Shown one piece after another: positions 1-11,805 of a stretch of 64,000 nt of DNA; positions within the stretch are counted from its first letter, which is position 1; each line of letters opens with the position of its first letter. Under the pieces are notes generated by a model, which did not search any database, was not told the DNA's origin, and was given only the letters and a program-made list of their open reading frames with translations. A program made the position numbers and the translations under genes. Origin of the DNA: Macrostomum lignano (Eukaryota); assembly GCA_002269645.1 (NCBI GenBank), contig NIVC01000853.1, forward strand, positions 69,419-133,418, read 5' to 3'.

Positions 1-1095
1 CAATTGGGGATTCCGGTTTGAGCGATTGGGGATTCCGGTTTGAGCAATTGGGGATTCCGATTTGAGCAATTGAGGATTCCGGTTTGAGCAATTAGGGATT
101 CTGGTTTGAGCAATTGGGGATTCCGGTGTGAGCAGTTGGGGATTTCGGTGTGAGCAGTTGGGGATTCTGGTTTGAGCAGTTGGGGATTCCGGTGTGAGCA
201 ATTGGGGATTCTGGTTTGAGCGATTGGGGATTCCGGTTTGAGCAATTGGGGATTCCGGTTTGAGCAATTGGGGATTCTGGTTTAAGCAATTGGGGATTCC
301 GGTTTGAGCAATTGGGGATTCTGGTTTGAGCAATTGGGGATTCCGGTTTGAGTGATTGGGGATCCCGGTTTGAGTGATTGGGGATTCCGGTTTGAGCGAT
401 TGGGGATTCTGGTGTGTGAGCAGTTGGGGATTCTGGTTTGAGCAATTAGGGATTCCGGTGTGAGCAATTGGGGATTCCGGTTTGAGTGATTGGGGATTCC
501 GGTTTGAGCGATTGGGGATTCTGGTGTGAGCAGTTGGGGATTCTGGTTTGAGCAATTAGGGATTCCGGTGTGAGCAATTGGGGATTCTGGTTTGAGCGAT
601 TGGGGATTCCGGTTTGAGCAATTGGGGATTCCGGTTTGAGCAATTGGGGATTCTGGTTTAAGCAATTGGGGATTCCGGTTTGAGCAATTGGGGATTCTGG
701 TTTGAGCAATTGGGGATTCCGGTTTGAGTGATTGGGGATCCCGGTTTGAGTGATTGGGGATTCCGGTTTGAGCGATTGGGGATTCTGGTGTGAGCAGTTG
801 GGGATTCTGGTTTGAGCAATTAGGGATTCCGGTGTGAGCAATTGGGGGTTCCGGTTTGAGCAATTGGGGATTCTGGTTTGAGCAATTAGGGATTCCGGTG
901 TGAGCAATTGGGGGTTCCGGTTTGAGCAATTGGGGATTCTGGTTTGAGCAATTAGGGATTCCGGTGTGAGCAATTGGGGGTTCCGGTTTGAGCAATTGGG
1001 GATTCTGGTTTGAGCAATTAGGGATTCCGGTATGAGCAATTGGGGGTTCCGGTTTGAGCAATTGGGGATTCCGGTGTGAGCAATTGGGGGTTCCG
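1..1095. repeat. 22-bp minisatellite (GAGCAATTGGGGATTCCGGTTT)n
   Basis: Direct reading; lies in the PIGN intron and is cut by the window edge. Confidence 0.97.
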
Positions 1096-2412
1096 GGTTT
1101 TCCCGGAAATTTTGCCTATTCTGTAATGAATCCGGATTTTGTTCATGATCCGGGCTTACATACTTTTTTGTTCCGGAACTGAGAGCCGGATCAGCAAAAT
1201 ATGTTCCGGGCGAAAATACCGGATTGGGGAACACTGATTTCCGGGACTTTGACCCGGAAAAGAACCAAGTGTTCCGGGTGAATTTCACGGATTAGGGTTC
1301 GATCTGGGTCAGTTTCCGGGCGAATCGTACAGATTAGTGTCTGGATCCGGGTCACCAATTAAAAAGAAAGAAATTTTTGCAATAAGCGGCTTGAATTCTA
1401 GCATTCCTTAAGGCAGAAGCCAAAGTTTTTATTGGCGCAAAAAGTACAAACCTTTTCGTCAATCTAAGAGCATCAATGAAGCTAGCAGAATGTCCATATC
1501 AATCTTATCCCGGTATACCGGTTTAATTTATGCAATAGTTATTAATCCATCGCAGGTCAGCTTAGCAGCTGCCTTGAGCCACAACAGAAGCGAGGATTGA
1601 TTATCCATCGCAGGTAAACATAGCCTTAGACAAACCAATGGAGCATGTACCAACATAATTCGGATTTGCGTCTATCTTAATAGTGAAGCTGCTTTAAATA
1701 CTGGGCCAGTTAGAGCTATTTGGAACTATGCACAATCTCAGTCTAGACACCCAGCTGTGCCAAACAATATGGTTGGCTGATTTATGCTTTTAATCGTCAA
1801 ATATGACAATAGAAACATTCAGCCCGTTGACACACTAAGCAGCTGTGACAGACTACATGCCAGTGGAAGTCAAAACTCTCGCACACAATCAGGGCGCAAC
1901 ATTTCTTCAATTGTCACCTGTACGGAGGATGGGCTCAGCCTCACATTACGGACGCTACAGTGCCTCCGAAAAGCAGATCAATTGCCAATTCTACTCTCAT
2001 CATACTGAGGCTTTATTACCCCTCAGAATATTTCCAAGAGGAAATCGCGCCGCTGACCAAACGGATGCCAGGGATTGCCTGATGGGATAACCATTTGCTG
2101 GGGTCTGTATTCAGCGGTTTTCCATCGGAGGCTTCCTCTAAATATCCCCATGGTAGTGGATATATTCCCTTTTTTCCAATTTCCAGACCCACCTGATTCG
2201 GGAAAGATCCGGGAGTTGACCCGGAACAAGCTCTGATCTGGGTGACATTTTCCGGGAAATCGACCCAGATCATCTGTTCTTCCTCCGGATCAGGCTTTGT
2301 TCCGGGGTATGTAATATTCCGGATCAGAACCCCGGAAAAAATGGTGATCCGGGTCCAATTCTGCTGATCCGGGCCTCAACCCGGAATTTTTGTTTCCGGG
2401 TAAATTTTTTGA
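1096..2412. mobile_element. Possible non-autonomous DNA transposon with CCGG-rich subterminal regions
   Basis: 1096-1350 and 2190-2412 are both dense in CCGG. They share motifs in inverted orientation (GATCTGGGTC, CCGGATCAGCA). No clean TIR or TSD was found. Confidence 0.4.
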
Positions 2413-2424
2413 CGGGCAGGAAGG

Positions 2425-3215
2425 GGACAGGTTAGGTCACAGGAGACAGGTTGGGTCACAGGAGACAGATTGGGTCACAGGAGACAGGTTGGGTCACAGG
2501 AGACAGGTTGGGTCACAGGAAGGACACAGGTTGGGTCACAGGAAGGGCACAGGTTGGGTCACAGGAAGGACACAGGTTGGGTCACAGGAAGGACACAGGT
2601 TGAGGGTCACAGGAAGGGCACAGGTTGGGTCACAGGAAGGGCACAGGTTGGGTCACAGGAAGGGCACAGGTTGGGTCACAGGAAGGGCACAGGTTGGACA
2701 CAGGAAGGGCACAGGTTGGGTCACAGGAAGGGCACAGGTTGGGTCACAGGAAGGACACAGGTTGGGTCACAGGAAGGGCACAGGTTGAGGGTCACAGGAA
2801 GGGCAAAGGTTGGGTCACAGGAAGGGCACAGGTTGGGTCACAGGAAGGGCACAGGTTGGGTCACAGGAAGGGCACAGGTTGGGTCACAGGAAGGGCACAG
2901 GTTGGGTCACAGGAAGGGCACAGGTTGGGTCACAGGAAGGGCACAGGTTGGGTCACAGGAAGGGCACAGGTTGGGTCACAGGAAGGGCACAGGTTGGGTC
3001 ACAGGAAGGGCACAGGTTGGGTCACAGGAAGGGCACAGGTTGGGTCACAGGAAGGGCACAGGTTGGGTCACAGGAAGGGCACAGGTTGGGTCACAGGAAG
3101 GGCACAGGTTGGGTCACAGGAAGGGCACAGGTTGGGTCACAGGAAGGGCACAGGTTGGGTCACAGGAAGGGCACAGGTTGGGTCACAGGAAGGGCACAGG
3201 TTGGGTCACAGGAAG
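2425..3215. repeat. 23-bp minisatellite (GGGCACAGGTTGGGTCACAGGAA)n
   Basis: Begins 6 nt inside the PIGN donor at 3221. Confidence 0.97.
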
Positions 3216-3221
3216 CCTCAC

Positions 3222-3579
3222 CACATTGTTAACGGGCACGCTGACGTTAATTAAGGCGGCCATGAGCGGGCACAGGTCGGCCTGGCCAATGTCCCAGCCG
3301 GGGGAGCCCGCACCATCGGCGTACTTGGCAGAGGCTCGCGGCGCCGGTGACTCCGGCGACAGCTGTTGCTGCTGTCGAGGCCCGCGGATCCCGGCGCCCC
3401 AGGCCACAAAGGGAGTCTCGGTCTCCTCCGTCAGGCCGGACCCGTGCGAGCCCCAGTCGGTCATGCCGTGGTCAGAGGTGAAGAGGAAGGCTGTCCGGTT
3501 GTCCGGGAAAACCCGGGACACCAGAGCGGAGATACGAGCCACACCGCTGTCAACGAACTGCTGATTCAGCAGGCAGTCC
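3222..3579 (-). CDS. PIGN: PIGN exon 5; the gene continues beyond the left edge of the window
   Basis: DCLLNQQFVDSGV...FLFTSDHGMTDWGSHGSG...ETPFVAWGAGI...DIGQADLCPLMAALINVSVPVNNV contains the PIGN TSDHGMTDWGSHG motif. Acceptor gtcgcAG, donor GTGAGG at 3221. Confidence 0.95.
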
Positions 3580-3660
3580 CTGCGACGCGGGGGCGGAGTT
3601 GGCAATGCCAGTGTCCAGTTTTAGGGGCCTGGGTGAGTCAGAGAATTATTGACCAAATCG

Positions 3661-3860
3661 GGGGGTCAATGACCTCTGTGACGCCTTACAGTCGGATCAG
3701 GGGTCAATGACCTCTGTGACGCCTTACAGTTGGGTCAGGGGTCAATGACCTCTGTGACGCCTTACAGTTGGGTCAGGGGTCAATGACCTCTGTGACGCCT
3801 TACAGTTGGGTCAGGGGTCAATGACCTCTGTAATGCCCTACAGTTGGGTCAGAAGGTCAG
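3661..3860. repeat. 38-bp minisatellite, about 5 copies
   Basis: GGGGTCAATGACCTCTGTGACGCCTTACAGTTGGGTCA repeated in a PIGN intron. Confidence 0.9.
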
Positions 3861-3958
3861 TGACGTCTAGCTTTCAAAGCCTTACAATGACCTCTGACAC
3901 GCTTTCAGTGAGATACTAAGCGATTGTGGGAAGTAATCAACACACAGAAGTAACACAC

Positions 3959-4080
3959 CTGGAGTGCGGCTTCAGCGAATGCCCGCAGGTGTCCATGCCC
4001 AGCAGGTGCAGAAACAGCACAATGCCTTCCGACTGCAGTTCCCTGCGGCTACCGTTGGTTGCGTGAGCGAGGAGAAACTC
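3959..4080 (-). CDS. PIGN: PIGN exon 4
   Basis: EFLLAHAT...IVLFLHLLGMDTCGHSLKPHS matches the PIGN FFLHLLGIDTNGH motif. Acceptor ctttccAG, donor GTGTGT; 122 nt, phase 0 to phase 2. Confidence 0.93.
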
Positions 4081-4232
4081 CTGGAAAGTTTTTCATAGAA
4101 CTAGCTCACGTTTCTTAGAAAGAAGAATATCCCAAACAGCACTGGAGAAGCTTGGGCCCCATCTCAATATCCCCATAGCACCGGAGAAGCTGGATGCCCC
4201 ATCTCAATGCCCCACACAGCAGCGGCAGGCAC

Positions 4233-4431
4233 CTCAACCCTGTCGAACACCCAGGCGTCCAGCAGTTTCGTGTTCCCCTTGCCGAACTCCTCGTCCCGGG
4301 TGGGTAGCTATGCGCCCGAACGTGCAGCGCGGATCTACCGAACATGTCCACAATGTCCGGGCTGCCCCAGGCCCAGGTGCGCTGCGACTGGTTGAACAGG
4401 TGGTCGAATTCAACGGCGTTTTCGCTCCAGC
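4233..4431 (-). CDS. PIGN: PIGN exon 3, with an apparent 1-nt deletion near 4300
   Basis: [31 protein letters not shown]...HSYP, then in a shifted frame [22 protein letters not shown]. The exon is 199 nt where the flanking phases require 200. Confidence 0.9.
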
Positions 4432-4561
4432 CTGCGAAAAATTTAAAAAATTGAACATTAAATGAAAGCGATTAGAGTGCTCAGCATGTTGCGCTCAATT
4501 GTGATTGAGTGATTCTGCTTTGTACCTGGCTTCAGAAATGGTTAAGAGCTTCTTTCAGTGC

Positions 4562-7375
4562 TGCAGGTGTTCAGGGCAGGTGTTTAGGGCTGATGATCAT
4601 AGTTGGTGTTAAGGGATGATGATCATGGTTGGTGTTTAGGGATGATGATCATGGTTGGTGTTTAGGGATGATGATCATGGTTGGTGTTTAGGGCTGATGA
4701 TCATGGTTGGTGTTTAGGGCTGATGATCATAGTTGGTGTTTAGGGCTGATGATCATAGTTGGTGTTTAGGGCTGATGATCATAGTTGGTGTTTAGGGCTG
4801 ATGATCATAGTTGGTGTTTAGGGATGATGATCATGGTTGGTGTTTAGGGATGATGATCATAGTTGGTGTTTAGGGATGACGATCATGGTTGGTGTTTAGG
4901 GCTGATGATCATAGTTGGTGTTTAGGGCTGATGATCATGGTTGGTGTTTAGGGATGATGATCATGGTTGGTGTTTAGGGCTGATGATCATGGTTGGTGTT
5001 TAGGGCTGATGATCATAGTTGGTGTTTAGGGCTGATGATCATAGTTGGTGTTTAGGGCTGATGATCATAGTTGGTGTTTAGGGCTGATGATAATAGTTGG
5101 TGTTTAGGGATGATGATCATGGTTGGTGTTTAGGGATGATGATCATAGTTGGTGTTTAGGGATGACGATCATGGTTGGTGTTTAGGGCTGATGATCATGG
5201 TTGGTGTTTAGGGCTGATGATCATGGTTGGTGTTTAGGGCTGATGATCATAGTTGGTGTTTAGGGCTGATGATCATAGTTGGTGTTTAGGGCTGATGATC
5301 ATAGTTGGTGTTTAGGGCTGATGATCATAGTTGGTGTTTAGGGCTGATGATCATAGTTGGTGTTTAGGGATGATGATCATGGTTGGTGTTTAGGGATGAT
5401 GATCATAGTTGGTGTTTAGGGATGACGATCATGGTTGGTGTTTAGGGCTGATGATCATAGTTGGTGTTTAGGGCTGATGATCATGGTTGGTGTTTAGGGC
5501 TGATGATCATAGTTGGTGTTTAGGGATAATGATCATGGTTGGTGTTTAGGGCTGATGATCATAGTTGGTGTTTAGGGATGATGATCATAGTTGGTGTTTA
5601 GGGATGATGATCATGGTTGGTGTTTAGGGATGATGATCATGGTTGGTGTTTAGGGATAATGATCATAGTTGGTGTTTAGGGCTGATGATCATAGTTGGTG
5701 TTTAGGGCTGATGATCATGGTTGGTGTTTAGGGCTGATGATCATAGTTGGTGTTTAGGGATGATGATCATGGTTGGTGTTTAGGGATGATGATCATGGTT
5801 GGTGTTTAGGGATAATGATCATAGTTGGTGTTTAGGGCTGATGATCATGGTTGGTGTTTAGGGCTGATGATCATAGTTGGTGTTTAGGGCTGATGATCAT
5901 AGTTGGTGTTTAGGGATGATGATCATGGTTGGTGTTTAGGGATGATGATCATAGTTGGTGTTTAGGGATGACGATCATGGTTGGTGTTTAGGGCTGATGA
6001 TCATAGTTGGTGTTTAGGGCTGATGATCATGGTTGGTGTTTAGGGCTGATGATCATAGTTGGTGTTTAGGGATAATGATCATGGTTGGTGTTTAGGGCTG
6101 ATGATCATAGTTGGTGTTTAGGGATGATGATCATAGTTGGTGTTTAGGGATGATGATCATGGTTGGTGTTTAGGGATGATGATCATGGTTGGTGTTTAGG
6201 GATAATGATCATAGTTGGTGTTTAGGGCTGATGATCATGGTTGGTGTTTAGGGATAATGATCATAGTTGGTGTTTAGGGCTGATGATCATAGTTGGTGTT
6301 TAGGGCTGATGATCATGGTTGGTGTTTAGGGCTGATGATCATAGTTGGTGTTTAGGGATGATGATCATGGTTGGTGTTTAGGGATGATGATCATAGTTGG
6401 TGTTTAGGGATGATGATCATAGTTGGTGTTTAGGGCTGATGATCATGGTTGGTGTTTAGGGCTGATGATCATAGTTGGTGTTTAGGGCTGATGATCATGG
6501 TTGGTGTTTAGGGCTGATGATCATAGTTGGTGTTTAGGGCTGATGATCATGGTTGGTGTTTAGGGATAATGATCATAGTTGGTGTTTAGGGCTGATGATC
6601 ATGGTTGGTGTTTAGGGCTGATGATCATGGTTGGTGTTTAGGGCTGATGATCATAGTTGGTGTTTAGGGCTGATGATCATAGTTGGTGTTTAGGGATGAT
6701 GATCATAGTTGGTGTTTAGGGATGATGATCATGGTTGGTGTTTAGGGATGATGATCATGGTTGGTGTTTAGGGATAATGATCATAGTTGGTGTTTAGGGC
6801 TGATGATCATGGTTGGTGTTTAGGGATAATGATCATAGTTGGTGTTTAGGGCTGATGATCATAGTTGGTGTTTAGGGCTGATGATCATGGTTGGTGTTTA
6901 GGGCTGATGATCATAGTTGGTGTTTAGGGATGATGATCATGGTTGGTGTTTAGGGATGATGATCATGGTTGGTGTTTAGGGATAATGATCATAGTTGGTG
7001 TTTAGGGCTGATGATCATGGTTGGTGTTTAGGGCTGATGATCATAGTTGGTGTTTAGGGCTGATGATCATGGTTGGTGTTTAGGGATAATGATCATAGTT
7101 GGTGTTTAGGGCTGATGATCATGGTTGGTGTTTAGGGCTGATGATCATGGTTGGTGTTTAGGGCTGATGATCATAGTTGGTGTTTAGGGCTGATGATCAT
7201 AGTTGGTGTTTAGGGATGATGATCATAGTTGGTGTTTAGGGATGATGATCAGGGCTGATGTTCAGGGTTGATGTTCAGGGCGGATGTTCAGGGCGGATGT
7301 TCAGGGCTGATGTTTAGGGCGGATGTTCAGGGCGGATGTTCAGGGCGGATGTTCAGGGCGGATGTTCAGGACTGT
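4562..7375. repeat. 26-bp minisatellite (TTAGGGCTGATGATCATAGTTGGTGT)n, about 100 copies, flanked by 13-bp units
   Basis: Direct reading; (GGATGTTCAGGGC)n at 7250-7375. Confidence 0.97.
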
Positions 7376-7507
7376 TCAGGGCCGTATGTCGGACTGTTAG
7401 TTTAGTGAAGACTTAGGAGACTATTGAACTAAAATGGCACACCATTCTGACACCTTAGTGATGCCATTATCAACTAACCCGCATCGCAGGCCAGAGACCC
7501 CGCTCAC

Positions 7508-7629
7508 CCTTAGTCACGGAGGCCACGTCTTCGTAAAAGCCGGCAATGATGGCCACGTGACCCGGCCGCGATTCGGTCGGCACCCGGGTGTGCGACAGGC
7601 CCCACGAGCCGGAGCGGCGCAGCACGCCT
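7508..7629 (-). CDS. PIGN: PIGN exon 2
   Basis: [34 protein letters not shown] is the catalytic PTESRPGH motif of PIGN. Acceptor ccccgcAG, donor GTGAGC; 122 nt, phase 2 to phase 1. Confidence 0.95.
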
Positions 7630-7640
7630 CTGCGGGGGTC

Positions 7641-8440
7641 GGTGATGAAATCCGGGGGTAAGAGTACATGCAGTCACGGGGTGATGAGATCCGGGGGTAA
7701 GAGTACATGCAGTCACGGGGTGATGAAATCCGGGGGTAAGAGTACATGCAGTCACGGGGTGATGAGATCCGGGGGTAAGAGTACATGCAGTCACGGGGTG
7801 TGATGGAATCAGGGGTTAAGAGTACATGCAGTCACGGAGTGATGAAATCCGGGGGTAAGAGTACATGCAGTCACGGGGTGATGAAATCAGGGGTAAGAGT
7901 ACATGCAGTCACGGGGTGATGAGATCCGGGGGTAAGAGTACATGCAGTCACGGGGGTGATGAAATCCGGGGGTAAGAGTACATGCAGTCACGGGGTGATG
8001 AGATCCGGGGGTAAGAGTACATGCAGTCACGGGGCGTGATGAAATCCGGGGGTAAGAGTACATGCAGTCACGGGGTGTGATGGAATCAGGGGTTAAGAGT
8101 ACATGCAGTCACGGAGTGATGAAATCCGGGGGTAAGAGTACATGCAGTCACGGGGTGATGAAATCAGGGGGTAAGAGTACATGCAGTCACGGGGTGATGA
8201 GATCCGGGGGTAAGAGTACATGCAGTCACGGGGGTGATGAAATCCGGGGGTAAGAGTACATGCAGTCACGGGGTGATGAGATCCGGGGGTAAGAGTACAT
8301 GCAGTCACGGGGCGTGATGAAATCCGGGGGTAAGAGTACATGCAGTCACGGGGTGTGATGAAATCCGGGGGTAAGAGTACATGCAGTCACGGGGTAATGA
8401 AATCCGGGGGTAAGAGTACATGCAGTCACGGGGTGATGAA
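7641..8440. repeat. 39-bp minisatellite
   Basis: GGGGTGATGAAATCCGGGGGTAAGAGTACATGCAGTCAC; ends about 11 nt from the PIGN exon-2 acceptor. Confidence 0.97.
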
Positions 8441-9369
8441 AAAATTAGAAAGTCAGGGCTATAAAACTCGATTAAAATTCTAATTGAGTCGTCAAAATAA
8501 TCGATATTAAAAATATTTTAAAGCCTAAGACTTCCCGATTTGGTGTTTTTTCTAATATGCGGTTTTTGGCGGAGCAGAAAAAACTGCTTTAAAAAAGTAC
8601 ACTGTGGAGAGTTAGAAAGAGCTGCAATTTCCTTTGCCAGTTTCTGTCAATAAACTTGTCAAACTGCCTCTGCTCTTCGGACCAAGCACAGCACATTGGT
8701 TTCCTGTGGATGTACTCTGCGCAGAACAGTGTCAGTTTTTGCATCTAAAAACAAAAAACTTACTACAGTTTTTTTTATAAAGTACCAAAAATTATTTTAC
8801 AACCCGCAGTCCTGGACAAACCAGTCGCCTTCTGTAGACAGTCCTTCCGGTACAACCTCAAATACTATAACAACTGTATGGGCCACTCAGCCATATTGGC
8901 TAAAACTGTGTCTCTACTTTCAGCTCAGTAGCAAGGCAGAATGCGTCAGCTATTTTGTAAAAAGACAGGCAGTTGGAGTGACTCACAGACGCCAACACAA
9001 CTGGCTATTCGTGCAGCTGTAATGTACATTAGCCAGCCAGAGCCACTGAGAATGTACATGCCAGCTTTAGACTGGAACACCGACGAGGGCAATAAAACCG
9101 AGCGGCTGGGGGTGGGGGGTCAGAGGGCCAATAAATGAGTATCGTCTTAAAATACGTTAAAATGCGTCCAGTTAAACTGCCTACTGAACTGGAAGTTGCT
9201 TATGCGCAAATATGCTGACTGGTACCATCTAGTTATTACTAGTCTACATCGACTCATTTGAAACCAATTCTCAGGCCGAATTCCTCTGTATTAGTTTAAA
9301 GTTATTAATGAACTACTAACAGTAGAGAGAATGCAACGATAAAGCACAAGAAACGAAGAAAAATCCTAC

Positions 9370-9635
9370 TTTAAAAACGGCATCGCGTCCAGGTTGCCAA
9401 ACACTTTGTCGGCCCGAATGCCGTCAGCTACGAACAGGACTAGGCGCTTGGCTGTTGCCGCGCCGGCATCCGCCCCCGAGTCCGCCCCGGCGGGATAGGG
9501 CGATTCGGCGGTGCGCAGTTGAACAAACGATCGGGACTTGACCAGCTCGGAGGTGAAGTAGATGTCAAATATGGAGTAGAATAGCAGCAGGTGCAGCAGC
9601 ACCGCTAGAAGGCCGGCGGTCCAGGCCGGGGCAGC
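9370..9635 (-). CDS. PIGN: GPI ethanolamine phosphate transferase 1, first visible coding exon
   Basis: Translates AAPAWTAGLLAVLLHLLLFYSIFDIYFTS...KRLVLFVADGIRADK, matching the PIGN/Mcd4 N-terminus (SIFDIYFTS, RLVLFVADGLRAD). Acceptor ctcctccctcAG at 9637-9636; donor GTAGGA at 9369; ends in phase 2. Confidence 0.93.
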
Positions 9636-10512
9636 CTGAGGGAGGAGTTAATTACTATTTGCACTAGAGGCAAATGGACTAGCGGGTTACTAATGATGCT
9701 TGAGCTAATAAGCCTGAGTGCTGACTGGCAAACAGAAATGTGAAGCAAGAAAAGGAGATCGGAAGCTGCCACACTATCATGACTTAACCATTGACATTTC
9801 ATGTTGTGAAGTGATTGCGTTTGATTCAGTTATCATTTAGTTGAGCTAGTTGAAACTGGTTGAGGGGTTACGGGATGCATGTGGTCTCAAGCAGCTGCTA
9901 GTGTAAGCAATCCGCGGTCGTTCTTCTAAGAGTAGAAGAAACGTATTTGATAATTAGGACACCCGTCAGCTACAAGACTCAAAAATATATTTATAGAAAC
10001 GAAAAGACGAAATTGAATAGAGCACGCAGTGGCATCCATACAGTGCAGGGGTGTCAAAGAAACAGCTACAGACGCACGTGACAAAGGATCGCTTATTGTG
10101 CGACGTCACGACCCGTCCAGTGTAAGACAGAAGACGCGATGCTGAACCAGCTGGTTAATGAAAGGGCAGTCAGACATAGTGCCCTCATTCATCCTCACAA
10201 GCCGCTGTAGTGCAGCAGGAGAAAGCTATCTACTATTCCTTCCCCCATCCCCCACAATTAAACCCCTCATCTAATGCAGCAGGTAGACACGAACACAAAT
10301 ACGTCACAGCGTTTTGCATCACGCAAAAACATTTGCTAAACCGTTTTCCTTTGCAGTTCCCTTCAACTCGGGACGAGCAGAGTTTAGTGATAAATTTCGT
10401 CACGAGGAATATTTAAAAGGTGTTAGCTCGTAATAGTGCGATTATTTCAAGTGGAAAAGATTTAAACTGTGTATCTTTATCAAAGATGGGGTGTGCATTT
10501 AGCACAAAGTGG

Positions 10513-11120
10513 CGCAAGGAAATATGCTGGATTCAGCGCAAATACCGCAAGGAAATATGCTGGATTCAGTGCGGAATGACGCAAGGAAATATGCTGGATT
10601 CAGTGCGGAATGATGCAAGGAAATATGCTGGATTCAGTGCGGAATGACGCGAGGAAATATGCTGGATTCAGTGCGGAATGACGCAAGGAAATATGCTGGA
10701 TTCAGTGCGGAATGACGCAAGGAAATATGCTGGATTCAGTGCGGAATGATGCAAGGAAATATGCTGGATTCAGTGCGGAATGATGCAAGGAAATATGCTG
10801 GATTCAGTGCGGAATGATGCAAGGAAATATGCTGGATTCAGTGCGGAATGACGCGAGGAAATATGCTGGATTCAGTGCGGAATGACGCAAGGAAATATGC
10901 TGGATTCAGTGCGGAATGACGCAAGGAAATATGCTGGATTCAGTGCGGAATGATGCAAGGAAATATGCTGGATTCAGTGCGGAATGATGCAAGGAAATAT
11001 GCTGGATTCAGTGCGGAATGACGCGAGGAAATATGCTGGATTCAGTGCGGAATGACGCAAGGAAATATGCTGGATTCAGTGCGGAATGACGCAAGGAAAT
11101 ATGCTGGATTCAGCGCAAAT
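10513..11120. repeat. 34-bp minisatellite
   Basis: GCAAGGAAATATGCTGGATTCAGTGCGGAATGAC repeated about 18 times. Confidence 0.97.
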
Positions 11121-11453
11121 GCCCGACCTAGTGTCAGATTAATTCTATCTGTCAGCAATGCATCTGCATGGCTTGGCACTCGCATAGCTTGCTAATCCTT
11201 GATCGCATTGGTCCATTATCACCCCTTTACCCATTGGGCCAGATTGCCCGGATTTTACAGTCGAACACTAATGAATAATTCAAGTCTATTTTTTATCATT
11301 TCAATGCAAAAGCGTTCACATGGCCGGCGATGAAAGGTTTATATACAAAATTATAGTAAAATTTCTGGAAAAATTTATATGACGTGAAAAAAAGAATGAA
11401 AACAGACAGCTTCGTGAGCTGAAGTCGATTTTTAGTGGTAAGCTAGCTATATG

Positions 11454-11805
11454 GCGATATTCTGGCAGGCGATTCCTACTGACAGGTGAAGGGCGATATT
11501 CTGGGAGGCGATTTCTACTGACAGGTGAAGGGAGATATTCTGGGAGGCGATTCCTACTGACAGGTGAAGGGAGATATTCTGGGAGGCGATTCCTACTGAC
11601 AGGTGAAGGGAGATATTCTGGGAGGCGATTCCTACTGACAGGTGAAGGGCGATATTCTGGGAGGCGATTCCTACTGACAGGTGAAGGGCGATATTCTGGC
11701 AGGCGATTCCTACTGACAGGTGAAGGGCGATATTCTGGCAGGCGATTCCTACTGACAGGTGAAGGGCGATATTCTGGGAGGCGATTTCTACTGACAGGTG
11801 AAAGA
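11454..11805. repeat. 39-bp minisatellite
   Basis: GCGATATTCTGGGAGGCGATTCCTACTGACAGGTGAAGG repeated 9 times. Confidence 0.97.

Noticed and set aside
4575-7250. Interstitial telomere
   Set aside because: TTAGGG occurs once per 26-bp unit and never in tandem.
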